Assembly: GCF_009834535.1 (NCBI RefSeq)
Contig: NC_045697.1
Span: 80,788,001 to 80,852,000, forward strand
Source of the DNA: Camelus ferus
Taxonomy: Eukaryota
DNA length: 64,000 nt
Direction of reading: 5' to 3'
A program made the position numbers and the translations under genes. Under the pieces are notes generated by a model that saw only the letters and a list, made by a program, of their open reading frames with translations, was not told where the DNA came from and did not search any database. Numbering within the stretch: position 1 is the stretch's first letter; the number at the start of each line of letters is the position of its first letter. This document shows, piece by piece, positions 1 through 12,165 of this stretch.

Positions 1-407
1 GAAATAACATTGTGGTAACAAAAGATGAAAAGAAACAGCAATATCTCTGAAAATGCATTTTGACTTACCTAGAATTCACCAAAAATCAATTTAAAACTAC
101 TATAATTAACTGTACTGCTCTGCTTAAGCAATGTAGGGCATCATCCAAGCAGAATGTTGTCCACAAAATATCTGTATAATAAAGCTTTGAAAATGAAATT
201 CACTTCAACTCAACTCAATTTAAAAAAAAGATATCTTGAGTGCTCGCTATCTTCTTCCAAGAATAATTCTGTATTTTTGGTAAATAAAAGTTGATATACC
301 ACACCTTTTATCCATGAAGCCCAGTGTCATAAGAAAAATACAAAAATGCACAACTAATTATAATACAAATCAAACTATGATTGATGCTAAAATTCACAAT
401 CATACAT

Positions 408-413
<6 letters not shown>

Positions 414-444
<31 letters not shown>
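414..444. repeat. (TA)n microsatellite
   Basis: Uninterrupted TA dinucleotide run. Confidence 0.95.
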
Positions 445-447
<3 letters not shown>

Positions 448-1310
448 CATTTATGACTCATATTTAAAGTTTAACACATTTCCAAGCCCAAAAGTTTCTC
501 CATTAGAAGTAGTAAGGGAAATTCCAGGTCTAGAGTCAGCAACAGAACAATTCACATACCATTAATGGCAAAGCATAATAGAGTAATAAAATTCTGGGTC
601 ATTCTCAAATAGGTTGATGAATGTTTCCTCAAAACTGAGCAAGTTCTGTACGATATGTCCTAGACTTATTTCACTGGTTTATTGACCAGACTGCTCAAAG
701 ATTTCAGGTAAGGTAGAAAATCTGAATGAAGACTCAGTAAGTGTAAGGAATGGGTAAATTTTACACAGGCTTGGAAGACACAGAAAGAATCATTTTAAAG
801 TGAAGTAGACTCTGGCATCCTGTCCACTTTTTACAGAAAAATGTCAAGTTTTGGCTAATTCAACAAATCAACAGTGACCTCATAGATAAAAGCACAGATG
901 AGAACAGCAGCTGTACCTGGATATGGTGCCATTTCCTTATTTAATTGTTTATGTATGGTCATGAACTGAAATACAGTCACACTTCTCCCAGCATGACTGC
1001 TAATGGAAGTGGTTTTTTAAAATTATGTTATGTAATATAATTCTAAATGTCTGCTTCTCTGTCTACCACATGTTGGTATTGTGTCTAGCTACTACAACAA
1101 AATTTATATGTTTGTAAGAAACTCTGGATTCCTTCCATAAATGGTGGTAACAAAAAAGACATTCCATTCTCATTGCCTTGTACATGGAAAATGCCATTTT
1201 TAGAATTTTTTCTATGTATGCCAAGAAACTGTACTGTTTGGCCTGAGAAGGCTCACTGGCTTGTGTCTGCCAACTCCTGCTACTATTGTGAGGTCATTTC
1301 TAAGCTTTTT

Positions 1311-1476
1311 TTTAAAAAGAGTTTTATTTATTTATTTTATAATTTTTTGTTTTGCAGGGGGGAGGTAATTAGGTTTATTTATTTTTTTACTTTTTCAGTG
1401 GAGGTACTGGGGATTGAACCTAGGACCTAGTGCATGCTGAGCAGGCATTCTACAATTTGAGCTATACCCTCCCCCC
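1311..1476 (-). mobile_element. Vic-1-type camelid tRNA-derived SINE
   Basis: Minus strand reads GGGGGGAGGGTATAGCTCAAATTGTAGAATGCCTGCTCAGCATGCACTAGGTCCTAGGTTCAATCCCCAGTACCTCCA..., with tRNA-like A box (TAGCTCA) and B box (GGTTCAATCC), then the AATAAACCTAATTACCTCCCCC segment and an A-rich tail. Flanked by near-identical ATTTCTAAGCTTTT (~1296-1309) and ATTGCTAAGCTTTT (~1478-1491), a target-site duplication. Confidence 0.9.
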
Positions 1477-1675
1477 TATTGCTAAGCTTTTTATAAAGTG
1501 CTTATACCAAGAGCTTTTCCTTGCTGTGATTAATAGGTTTTTCCTGAGAAGTAAATTTAATACAGCTACTTTTCCATTTGATTCCAAATAAGTCATATCT
1601 AGAAACATAAATCAGCCAAATTTAGCCAAATATATATATACACATATATATAAACATAGGATTCAAACAGACCTA

Positions 1676-2898
1676 GCATTCTTATTTCTAATACTTTGAA
1701 CTCTATGTGGTAAATTATTTATTTAGTTTGTTGCTTTTTCAAGGTATTTTTCTTGTTCTTTCATTTGAAACAAATTCCTCTATCTTCTCATTTTGCTTAT
1801 TAACTTTCTCTGTCTCTATGAATTTAGGTAAAATAGTTTTCTATCCCAGTCTTGAAGGGGTGTCCTTGTGTGGCTGCATCTGTATGCCCACTGCCTTTGT
1901 TGGAAGAGCTGGATTTGAAATGATCATGAGTCATATCTTTCTCGGGGTGTGCTGGCAGCTATCACTTTGATGGGAGGTGGGGCTGGATATGGAGGGGCAA
2001 GAGCCAAAGCCAGGTATGCTGAGGCTCTTCCTACACTCAGTGGCCAACAGCATGCTATTGGGGGCAGGGTAGAGTCTCAAGACACTAGAGCAAAAACCCT
2101 GAAGGTGGGATCTTAGCTGGTTCCAGTCCCTCTAAATGTGTGCTCTCCTCCATCCCAGCATTGACACCTTTATCCCAGGGGAGAATGCACTGGAGCAAGA
2201 AGGCGTGGAGCACGTGCACATTTGGGTAGTCCCGGCACACCAGTCAGGGTTCCAGATGGCTCCCAATCTGCTGCTTCTAAGAGCACCGGCAATAACCACC
2301 CCGACCCCATTGAGATGTAGTGCTGACTCTGAGCCGGTTCCATCCCCCTAACTGCACACTCTCCTCAGCACTGGCAGCCTTTGTCCTGCTAGGGAGCTGT
2401 GCCACAGAGCAAGAGGTGCCAGAGTGGGCATTTAGCATGGGTTAGGGCATGCCTTAGGGCAATTTCAGGAAACCGTCCAAGGTCTCAGCCAGTCTCAGTC
2501 ATCTTCCTCCACTTTGTTTTTGGAGCAAGCAAGCCTGTGTGTACACTTTTCATGAGTGGACTCCCTCACAGCCCTATTGGTCTTCAAACCAGCCAAATGG
2601 ACTTGTCTTCCTGGTGTCATACCCCAGGGCTAGGCCACCCAATGTGTGGTTTGAACCATTCACTCTCCAAGGAGGATCTCTGAGCCTATGTAACAGGTCC
2701 TGACCTGATCACTTCTCTTTCCTTCTTACCCGACTCCATGTGGATCTTTCTTAGAGCCCTGGTTGTATAAGAGACTTTCTGCCAGTCTCCAGTATTGTTT
2801 TCAGTAAGAACTGCTTCACATGTAGATGCATTTTTGATGTATTCTTGTGGGGAGGTGAACTCAGCATTCTCCTACTCCACCGTCTTGATCTCCTCCCC
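1676..2898 (-). mobile_element. LINE-1 5' UTR plus start of ORF1 (3' part missing)
   Basis: Minus strand starts GGGGAGGAGATCAAGACGGTGGAGTAGGAG...CACCTCCCCACAAGAATACATCAAAAATGCATCTACATGTG, typical of an L1 5' terminus in artiodactyls. A relatively GC-rich UTR follows and ends in ORF1-like sequence (..FKVLEIRM). Confidence 0.8.
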
Positions 2899-3419
2899 AG
2901 TTACATCCTTAAAAGCTGATCACTGTCTTACAATATGATAGTTGAACAGGTTAGTCATTGTCACTAAATCTCCCCCAAAGACAAACAAATGTCAGATTGA
3001 ACATGCAAATTTTAGTCAGCTTGAAAGAGTTTTAATCAAGAGAGAAAGAACAGAATAGTACGCCTTTATTTATGGGAGAAATAAACAGATTTTCAAATGT
3101 AAGTGACAAGTATTATTAAAATAGCTCCCTCAGTTTTTTTAATCCAGTTTAGAATTTATAAATATGGATCTTAAAATGGATATTTTAACCACTCAGTGTA
3201 ACTCTTTCTCTTTGAAATTGTACTTTCTTCTGCATTATTGCATTCAAGCAGAGAGCCCATTTTTAGTCAGGTATATTTTTATTACTATTACCCCTTTTTA
3301 CTTCTAGCAGCCCCCAAATTAGATCCAGTTTTGTTTTTGATTAAAATACAAAATCTTAAATCTCAGGAAAACATCAGTGTCATGAAGTAAATCCCCTCTT
3401 TTGAGAAATGGGGAAGGTT

Positions 3420-3790
3420 AAGTCCCAATCATGATGGTACAATGTTTACATGTGCATATGGCCACCCACAGTAATCTCCCAGTCTCCTTGAAGCTAAGCT
3501 CTTTGTGTCCAAGGTATGTATCCTTGTAACTAAAATCTATAGAAGGAATGAAAACAGAAGTACATTTTGATAGTTTCCAGGAACCTTCCCAAAGGGACAA
3601 CTGGAATGTTCCCTTTGCCCTCTTTTTTATTTTCTCCTCATTCTGCTGTAGAAGCTTGGAGTTCACCCATTTAGGCCAAAAGAATGAAGGTTGTAGCCCA
3701 GAAAGAAAAGAGAAAAGGAAACAAGCTTTACTTTGGTTCAAGTGCTGCTATTTTTCTGTCACTGACAGATAAGCCTAATTCCAACTAGCA
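3420..3790 (+). mobile_element. Old MaLR LTR (MLT1-like), degraded
   Basis: MLT1-like motifs and the terminal segment TTTTCTGTCACTGACAG...CCTAATTCCAACTA. Confidence 0.45.
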
Positions 3791-3992
3791 CACAACTATG
3801 TTGTCAGAAAATAATCATCAGTCCCTTCTTGTACCCAGCCACAATCTACATCTTTCCAGACAAGAACACGGAAATAAAATAGATAAATTATCCTCAAATA
3901 CAAGCCAGTAGAATTTAATGCCCTATGAATATATTAGTGAGATATGAGAGTGAAAGTAAGTAAGAGTCTCTGTAGCATTATACATGAAGAGT

Positions 3993-4088
3993 TTTTTTCA
4001 TTTTTAACAGCTTCATTGAGTTATAATTGATGTAAAACCAAGTGAAGCTATTTAAAGTGAGCAGTTTAATAGAGTTTGATATATATGC
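3993..4088 (-). mobile_element. L1M 3' end fragment
   Basis: TTTTTAACAGCTTCATTGAGTTATAATTGATG...TTTAAAGTG is the antisense of a typical L1MA/MB 3' terminus. Confidence 0.7.
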
Positions 4089-4089
4089 C

Positions 4090-4397
4090 ACCAGGATGGA
4101 AATCAGAGTGAGATGAAGCATTATTCAAGGGAGTACAAAACTCACAGTTATTAAGATAAACAATATTTTTAAACATTTAAATTGACGTGCCATACCTATG
4201 GCCTATCCACCTACTTTTGTAAATAAAGTTTTATTGGAACCAGAGCTTAGAGTAGGGTGAATTAAGTGAGATAGGATCCTGTAAGTGCAAAATCAAATCT
4301 TGTCTTTATTTAAAATTTTAATATTTTGTTCATCATGTTTTTAAAAATAATTTGAATTTTAAATAATATTGCACTAAATGTTGCTTATCTTGTTTAC
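4090..4397. mobile_element. hAT MITE fragments (MER96B-like in both orientations around a MER58-like piece)
   Basis: Forward AAGATAAACAATATTT segment; MER58-like TTTTGTAAATAAAGTTTTATTGGAAC; reverse segment TGTCTTTATTTAAAATTTTAATATTTTGTTCATCATG...GCTTATCTTG. Confidence 0.6.
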
Positions 4398-5801
4398 AAG
4401 GGTTTGCCTTCTCCCTCCACTCCCTTCTGCCATTGCAGCAAGTGTTGGGTGCAATCTGTGGAGAATTTACATTGCCTCAATAGAAGGCTTATACTGGGAG
4501 TCAGGATGGCTAGTTGTTTCTGATAGACCTTATGGGAAGGTCGTTCCACAGTGTTGTGCTAAACACTTTCTTGAGGTAGCATGCTGTTATAACCAGAAGA
4601 AATTGTTTTGTAGAATGATGTGTGTGAAAATAATTTCACTCTCAAGATGATGTTTATTGGTAGGACTTAGGCAGAAAATATACTAGAATTTGTACCAAAT
4701 CATTAATTAGAATTGCATCTTAGAGTTTTATAAAGTATTGATTTTAAAATATGTTTGTATATCAAGCATAAAACCAAGCTAAGTAAGGCAAGTACAATGT
4801 GATTAGGAAATACCTGACTTAAGCTGTATATGTAAATATATGTGACTGTATATCAAAACCACACACATTTAGAGGGGTTCCTGACTCTGAATCATGAAGA
4901 ATCATGTTTCTGAAATTCTTAAGCTGTTACTCATTTTCAAAAAGGTATGTGTTAGAAAATAAGGAATATTAAGTTTAACAGTTAAATATTAAGTTTAACA
5001 GTTTTACAGTAAGGTTGCTTTAAACATCATCATCTTGAGAGTTAAACATTGGTTCAGAGAAGCTTAGCATAATGGGCTCTTTGGTTTCTGGGGTAAATAA
5101 GAATGTGTTGAGAAGACTATGAAAATGAGAATATTCCATTAATGTCTTACTGACTTAAATACAACACATCATCTTTGCTTTGTATCTATAACCTATGCAT
5201 TGAGCTCCTTATTCATTCATATACTTAATTAATTCATTAAGTTTTTTTACAAATGAAACTCAGTGGTCTTGCAGGTGAAATGTCAGCGATGTCAGTTCCA
5301 GGAGTTAGCCATTGATCTGATCTTTTTTTTTTTTTCACTCTTTCCTTCTTGTTTCCTACCTCTCCACTTTCCCATGTCTACTATTTGGTAGGATAAAGCA
5401 CCTGAAACTGAGAATAGAAAATAGGGCAAAAATGCATTGCAGGTACTCTTGACTTTGGCTGTCATCTCATTTTTCCAAGAGTTAATCTGCCAATCACTGA
5501 ACCTGTATTGGTAGGATGTAAGTCACATGTGATTCACTACTATTCTACCTGCTGGACAATGGAGAAATAGAAAAGTGGAAACAAATACTATTGTATCAGC
5601 CAAAGTTCATCACCACTCACTGGCCGATGGGGTGGACTGCTTACCTAACCCTGTACGTGCCCTGAGGATAACCATCCCCAAAGACTCATCTTCTCTCAGC
5701 TATTGGTTAGTGACCCAGCAGTCAAGAGGGTGGAGATGGTGCCTGCCAACAGCACAATTGCCTTGCACTTAGATATCCCCCTCCAGTTAACTTAGATACC
5801 T

Positions 5802-5843
5802 AAAACAAAACAGAACAAAACAACAACAACAACAAAACAAACC
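5802..5843. repeat. (CAAAA)/(CAA)n simple repeat
   Basis: AAAACAAAACAGAACAAAACAACAACAACAACAAAACAAAC. Confidence 0.85.
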
Positions 5844-6449
5844 AAGGCAATATCCTCTCCTTGTTTTCCCCTCTCTACTCTAGACTGAACTGAAGGGTGG
5901 TTGTGGTGGAACATCATCTTGGAAGGATTCCTGTCTTTTGGCTGACTGTTTTAGGCTCATTGCTTATCATATTGTGTTTATAGTATTACCTGCATCTTCC
6001 CCAGAGTTATTTGCATTTCTAAAAGAAGTCTCTGTCCAGCTGCCCTCATTCACTGAAGACTGAAATGAGTATAAATGAGTACTCATAATAATCTGATAGT
6101 AACTGGAGGCCTCATGGATCTCTACAAAGGTAATGTCCCTGACAAGGCAAGACAATAAGAATTCTTCCAGAAATGTCTCTCCTTGTAGGCAGAGAATATC
6201 TAAAATCTTAGAAGGGAGAGGCACAGTAACTGTCCTGCACTTGCAGTTCAGCCCACCCTGCTTGCACAGGTGATGTTCATCTCAGCTAATCTCTTGTGAT
6301 TCTAGACCTGCCATCTGGTACCAGATCCAGAAGGAGAAGATCAGTTATCTATTCTATTGTCTTCTAACAGGATGCTTTCTGTGCTTCCCAGCTCCCAGAA
6401 TATTCCATCAAGTTACACTCCTAATACCTGCCAATGAAACTGTGAACTC

Positions 6450-7520
6450 AAACAATAAATTAATTACATAGCAGAAAACAAAGTTAGCACACAAAATCAG
6501 TAGTCCACGAATACACAAACAATTATGAGACAATATAATGGAAAAGAAAACCATTTACAATAGCTACAATATGAGATGTTACTTAAGAATAAACTTAAGA
6601 AATATGTAAAACCTGTATAAGGAAAACTTTAAAATACATATGAAAAACACAAAAGTAGGCTTCATCAAATGAAAATACATTTGTTGTTTTAATTCAACAA
6701 TATAAAGTTGTCATGCATAATTATATTTTAGATAACTTATAAATTTAATGTGAGCTTATTTAAAATACCACCAAATTATTTTTTTTTCCTGGAGCTAAGC
6801 AAGTTGTCTCTAAAGTTCATGTTGAATAATCAAGATACAATATTTGCTTGTAAAATCTTGAAGTAGAATATTAATTGCAGGTCATTAGTTTAATAGTTAT
6901 TAAAATGTGCTGTAAAGCTTCCATATTTAAAATAGTGTGATACTGACACTTTAACAGAAGACTAAAGGAAAAGAATAGCAAAGTCAGAAATAGACTCACA
7001 TCCACATGGAAATTTAGTATATGATAAATGTGGAATATCTAGGCAATTGCAGAAAGGTAGTATTTTAATAAAAGATGTTGGAACAAATAATAGTGAAAAA
7101 AATTAAACTTGAAACTATACTTTGCAACATGTAAAAAATGAACTCCAAATAAATCAGAAAATTAAATATAAAAAATAACATAGAAGTACTAGAAAAAAAC
7201 ATGCAAATCCCTTATTCTAGACATAGGGAATATCTTTCTAACTACTATCCAAAATCAGAAACAAGAAAAAAAGATGGGTAAATTCAATTAACTTTTTAAA
7301 AAACACTTCTGCATGCCCTCCAAAATTCCAAACAACCAACTACGACAAAAAAATTCAAAAGACAAATGATAAACTGAAAGGAAATAAATCCAGTATACCA
7401 ATCCATAGAAAAGGAACTAATAATGTTTACAAATAAACTTTTAAAAATTGGTGTTAAACAGGCTAAATAAAAACAGTAGAAAGGAGGGCACAAGACTCAA
7501 CTAGTTCACTGAGATACAAA
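6450..7520 (+). mobile_element. Old L1 (L1MC/ME-like) ORF2 3' region, degraded
   Basis: A-rich sense strand with decayed ORF2 signatures (CCATTTACAATAGC, GAATAAACTTAAGAAATATGTAAAACCTGTATAAGGAAAAC, TCAGAAATAGACTCACA). Confidence 0.8.
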
Positions 7521-7529
7521 ATAGTATGT

Positions 7530-8185
7530 GTAAATAAATATCCAGAAGTAAAGGGAGAACCTAAAATATATTTGAAGAAAAAAATGGTCAAAAGTTTTCT
7601 GAATTTAATAAAAAGTATAAACCCACAGATCCAAGAAACACAATAAAGCCCAAGCAGGGTAAACACAAGGAAAATCACACCAAAGCCCATCATGCAAAAT
7701 TCTGAAAACTAGTGATAAGGAGAAAATATAAAAGGAGCCATCGAGTGGAGTTGGGGAAAGAGCACATTACACGTTGTTATGGCCTGAATGTGTTCCCTAT
7801 TTGAATTCATGTTATAGTCCTAACCTTAGAACGTGACTGTTTTAGAAGTTAGGGCCTTTAAAGAGGTAATCAAGTTAAACGGGGTCGCATAGGTGGGCTC
7901 TAATGCAATCTGATTGGTGTCTTTATAAGAAGAGGAAATCTGGACTCAGAGACATAAGGGGCACACCTGCAGAAGAAAGACCACGCAAGGACACAGTGAG
8001 AAGGTAGCTCCCTGCAAGCCAACCTGCCTACACCTGAATCTTGGGCTTCCAATCTCTAGAACTGTGAAAAATAAATTACTTTTGTTTAAGCCACCCAGCC
8101 TGTGGTATTTTGTTATGGCAGCCCTAGCAAACTGATACACAAATGAACAGAGAAACAGAGAATGACCCCAGATCAGCTCTTCATG
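7530..8185 (+). mobile_element. L1 ORF1 fragment interrupted by an MLT1 LTR
   Basis: Encodes decayed ORF1 motifs (..NPQIQET..PSRVNTRKITPK..DKEKI..) up to ~7774 and resumes after the LTR at ~8140. Confidence 0.75.
7775..8139 (+). mobile_element. MLT1B/MLT1A-like solo LTR (ERVL-MaLR)
   Basis: Starts TGTTATGGCCTGAATGTG, contains GGGCCTTTAAAGAGGTAATCAAGTTAAA and AATAAA, and ends TTTGTTATGGCAGCCCTAGCAAACTGATACA. Confidence 0.9.
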
Positions 8186-8477
8186 TCTATAAAATATAGA
8201 AAGGAACATCTCAGGGGCTGTGTTGCTGTTAATGTAGGACATGATGAGAGCGTGGAAAGAGATGAAAATAAATCATTGGTGGATCTTTTATAGCATTTTA
8301 AGGATCTTTTAATCTTATAACTCTTGCCTAGCATTTTAAAAAATATGATCCTAAGGACATTAGTTCTGTAGAGTGCCAATAACTTTTCTCTCGAAAATAG
8401 GAGGAGCTCTCAAAAAATTTATATTTAATTACTATAAACCAAATACTTTTTGTTGTTGTTGTTGTTTCTTGCATTGT

Positions 8478-8792
8478 TTTTACTTTTATTGAAATATAGT
8501 TGATGTACACTGTTATGTTAGTTTCAGATGTACAATATACTGATTTGACGTTTGCTTACATTATGAAATGATCACCATGGTAAGTCTAGTAACCTTCTGT
8601 CCCCATACAAAGTTATTGTAATATTATTGACCATATTTCTTATGCTGTAGGTTACATCCCCATAGCTTATTTATTTTATTACTGAAGGTTTGTGCCTTTT
8701 AATTCCCTTCACCTATTTCACCCATCCCTACCTCACCCTCCCCTGTGAAAACCACCCATTTGTTCTCTGTATCTATGAGTCTGTTTTTGTCT
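8478..8792 (-). mobile_element. L1 3' end (L1MA9/artiodactyl-type)
   Basis: TTTTATTGAAATATAGTTGATGTACACTGTTATGTTAGTTTCAGATGTACAA...TTTGTTCTCTGTATCTATGAGTCTG is the antisense of an L1 3' UTR. Confidence 0.85.
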
Positions 8793-10374
8793 TGGGTAAA
8801 TCAAATTCTTTTCTTATATCAGGGAAAATGTATCTACCAAACAGCATAAAGTACTGTGCAATGAATTTTCACCAAATAACCTAAAAACAAACAGTTTAAT
8901 TAAAATATTTTGGACCTTAGTAAATGGTCACTGATAATATCTGAAAACTGCAGGAGGGAAATATATTTTCCTCCAAAACATGTTGGAATAATGCTGATCT
9001 AATCAAAAAGATAGAATGACCAAAAATTAAACATTTGGAATATTTTTAGTAATTCTTGACTGATTGTCCATAAACCTTTTGCTCAGTTGTGACTAGGGGT
9101 ATGAAGTATCAGGGAGACAAGAACAGCATTTCTGATTTAATTAGATCTCCATGTATAATTAAGTGGGCTTTGAGCTACATTTTAGGACAAGGGTAAACCA
9201 GTTCTAGGAAGAACCTCTACTTCAGTCTGAACTTTTACGATAAATTAAGGCTTTGCTGGTAAGTATTTTACTGATCATCTCACAAAAGCCTATCATGACT
9301 AAATTCACAATGATGGTGGTTTTATGGTAAATGGAGATGGAGAATGCATGTAAAAATTTCTTTTAGAATCAAACCCAACTGCCTCCTAGACAGTAGTCTA
9401 GTAGGTCTTCATTATGACTAGGAATACCAACTAGGAATACTAACTGCATTTCTCTTTTTTAAATCGTTATTTGATGAAGTATTTCTGAAGATCTGTGGTA
9501 AATTCTAAATTCTGTGGATTTTTCTCTTGCCATGTTTGTTTCCCAATCCTTTTACGTTTAAAGTGCTTCAAATTTACTGTGGTTTTAATGACTCAGAATA
9601 CTCCCACCTGCCACAGAATATCATTTGTTTGTTCAAAGTGACCTTCATTTTCTTGGGAAAGAATATTATACAGATGACATGGTTTTGCTACGTTTCCACA
9701 GCTGCTTTTGAGAGAAGAAAATTCAGACTGACATATTTACTTTTTAAAGCAGAAAAAATGTAAATAGTTTTATATGTTTTAGTTTCATAACCGTTGCACT
9801 CTCTGTCTCAATTATTTAACTATGAATAAAAGTGAAAAGATTGGTACAAAGCCAAATGTGTGATTGCATAAACAGACTTATGAACAGACTTCTTAGGAAA
9901 ATAAATGGAGGTTAAAGGAGTTGAGACAAACCAAAAAAATTCTCATAAAACTATGGAATATTAGAACTTACAGTTCCCTTAGAAACTTAGTTTTCAGATA
10001 AATAGACTGATAATTAGATAGTTCGAGTGATTTGCCCAAGATTGTACAAGTAGGTTTTATGGGATTGTCATGCTGCTTGAGCAGTTTGCCTGCCAAATAA
10101 ACAATTACATAACTTGTTCCATCTGAAGTGTATTTCAACATTTAGGGGGTTGAGTGGTAAACCCGGTCATTAACATTTCCTAAAGCTTGTTCCTCAAGAC
10201 TAAGTGTGGGAAATTTCTACCAAGCCATACCTGATTTAACGAGATCATTTATTTACAAATGGTCACTCTAGCCAAGAGCTTCTCTCCATGCAACCACTGC
10301 CTTCAGAATACTCTCCTCCCAGTCACCCTTGACATTTTCCTTCTTTCTTCACTCTCTTCTCCAGGCTCCACAGT

Positions 10375-10540
10375 TTAGTATCTGTTAATTCATCTCTGTG
10401 AGCCTCAGTTTCCTCGTTTGTAGAAATGTAAAGTGTAATAATAGAACTTCCAACCACAGGGTTGTTTTTAAATGAACCGTGATCATGTATGTAAAGCATT
10501 TGGCATGTTGCCTGAAGCAACGTAAGTTCTCAAAATTCTA
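10375..10540 (+). mobile_element. MIR SINE
   Basis: MIR core CTCTGTGAGCCTCAGTTTCCTCGTTTGTAGAAATG...GTAAAGCATTTGGCATG. Confidence 0.8.
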
Positions 10541-11299
10541 GGAGTGATTTTATTTAAAAATCAGCCTAATTCTGTTAAGAATTTCTTATTTATATTTGTT
10601 CATGTTCTACTTTTATACCTGAGGGGGAATAAGGAGAAGGCGGCAATCAAGCATGACAGAATCTTGTCATTTTGCTTTATTATAAAAGTGTATTCCTGAC
10701 TTCAACTGTCTGATTATTTAAATGGACATGAATCAAAGGGCAGAAAAGAGAGAAAAAATATTTTTTGTGACTGTCGCATTTGAGGGTTTTTTTAGTCACA
10801 CTGAAAACAATAACTAGAGTTACCTGTCTTATTCAAAATATGAGTTTTTCTTTTCCACTAAATATTTGTTTGTTGTTTATCACAGAAGCACAATTAGTGC
10901 ATGTGTAAAAATCTAGTTACCATGGTGATGTCTATTTTTGCTCTTCTGCATAACCTCATTTCTTTATAAATTTATTTCATAACATTTTTCTAAATTTAAA
11001 AATCTAGTTTTAACAAAATAATTATTCCAAATAATGAGATAAAAATTATATAACTCCAAGGTAAAAGTCATTAAAACTTTTAAGTCTAATGATTTATTCT
11101 TTAAGTGACTCTCTTCCTCTTGATTTCAGCCATTGTACTTGGATTTGGACTTATGGAAGGAGAAAAAAATGTGACTAATTCAAGGTTTCGTTTATTAATC
11201 TTAACTGGAGTATAAAGTCTAGCACTAGGTTAGATCAAAACTAAAATAACCATTATAGCCTATTCATTGTTATCATTTATTTAAACAAAAGGTTGTCAA

Positions 11300-12165
11300 C
11301 CACTTTAGGAGACTACTCCCCACCCTCTTCCCCTTCATTAGGAACTTTCCACACCAGCTCTGTCTGTGTACAGTGGACTCTAGTCAGCTTTGTGAGGAGC
11401 ATGTGGCCAGGAAGGCGGAGAATCCAAGAATAACAAGGCAACGAATGACCAGTGACCAATCAGAATTCTTTCATACCAGTTTGAAACAAGGCATCCAGAA
11501 AATATGATTCAGAGCCACAGTGGCCGTTGTAAGCCATGTGGGGTTTTGTGAGTAATACTAGGTCAGTTTGTAGCAAGAAGTAAGAGACATGCCAAAACAG
11601 GAGTGATGAGGAAAAATGTGACTCCAGAGAAATGGGAAGAATGGCTGCCGCAGGCCCTGAAGGTTTCACAGTCCATGACTCACTTTTACAAGATTCCTTG
11701 TGCTTTTCCCCCATATCCCTTCAGTAAATTTCCTCTTTGCTGTGGTCTGAATGTTTGTGTCTCCCAGTCCCTTCCAAACACATGCTGAAGATGTGACACC
11801 CTCTCCCCCTGCCCTGCCCCACCAAGTGATAGCATTAGAAGGGTAAGCTCTGGGGAGGTGATTAGGTCATGAGGGCAGAGCCCTCCTGAATGGGGTAAGT
11901 GCCCTTGTAAAAGATGCTCCAGAGAGATCCCTCTTCCCCTTCTGCCAGTGAGGATACAACAAGAAGCCTGAGGCTCAGCAGAGGGCCCTCACTGCCAATA
12001 CCGGCACCCTGATCTTGGGCTTCCATCCTCCGTAATTATTAAGAAACAAATTTCTGTTGTTTATAAGCCACAGGCTACGGTATTTTGTTATAGAGGCCCA
12101 AGTGGACCAGAACATTGTTTATTTGAATGGATTTCTATTTCTTGCCATCAGAGGAACTTCATATG
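11300..12165 (+). mobile_element. Old ERVL LTR (LTR16-like) interrupted by an MLT1A0-like LTR
   Basis: LTR16-like 3' part CCCCCATATCCCTTCAGTAAATTTCCTCTT resumes after the MLT1 as TTGAATGGATTTCTATTTCTTGCCATCAGAG. Confidence 0.45.
11738..12114 (+). mobile_element. MLT1A0-like solo LTR
   Basis: TGCTGTGGTCTGAATGTTTGTGTC ... GGGAGGTGATTAGGTCATGAGGGCAGAGCCCTC ... TATTTTGTTATAGAGGCCCAAGTGGACCAGAACA. Confidence 0.9.

Noticed and set aside
1400..1476. tRNA gene
   Set aside because: The A and B boxes belong to the SINE head; it is followed by a SINE tail and flanked by a duplication.
8823..9760. Plus-strand exon-like segments near 8.8, 9.2 and 9.7 kb
   Set aside because: Short, no recognisable protein, stops in the joined frame; comparable motifs occur on both strands of this AT-rich DNA.
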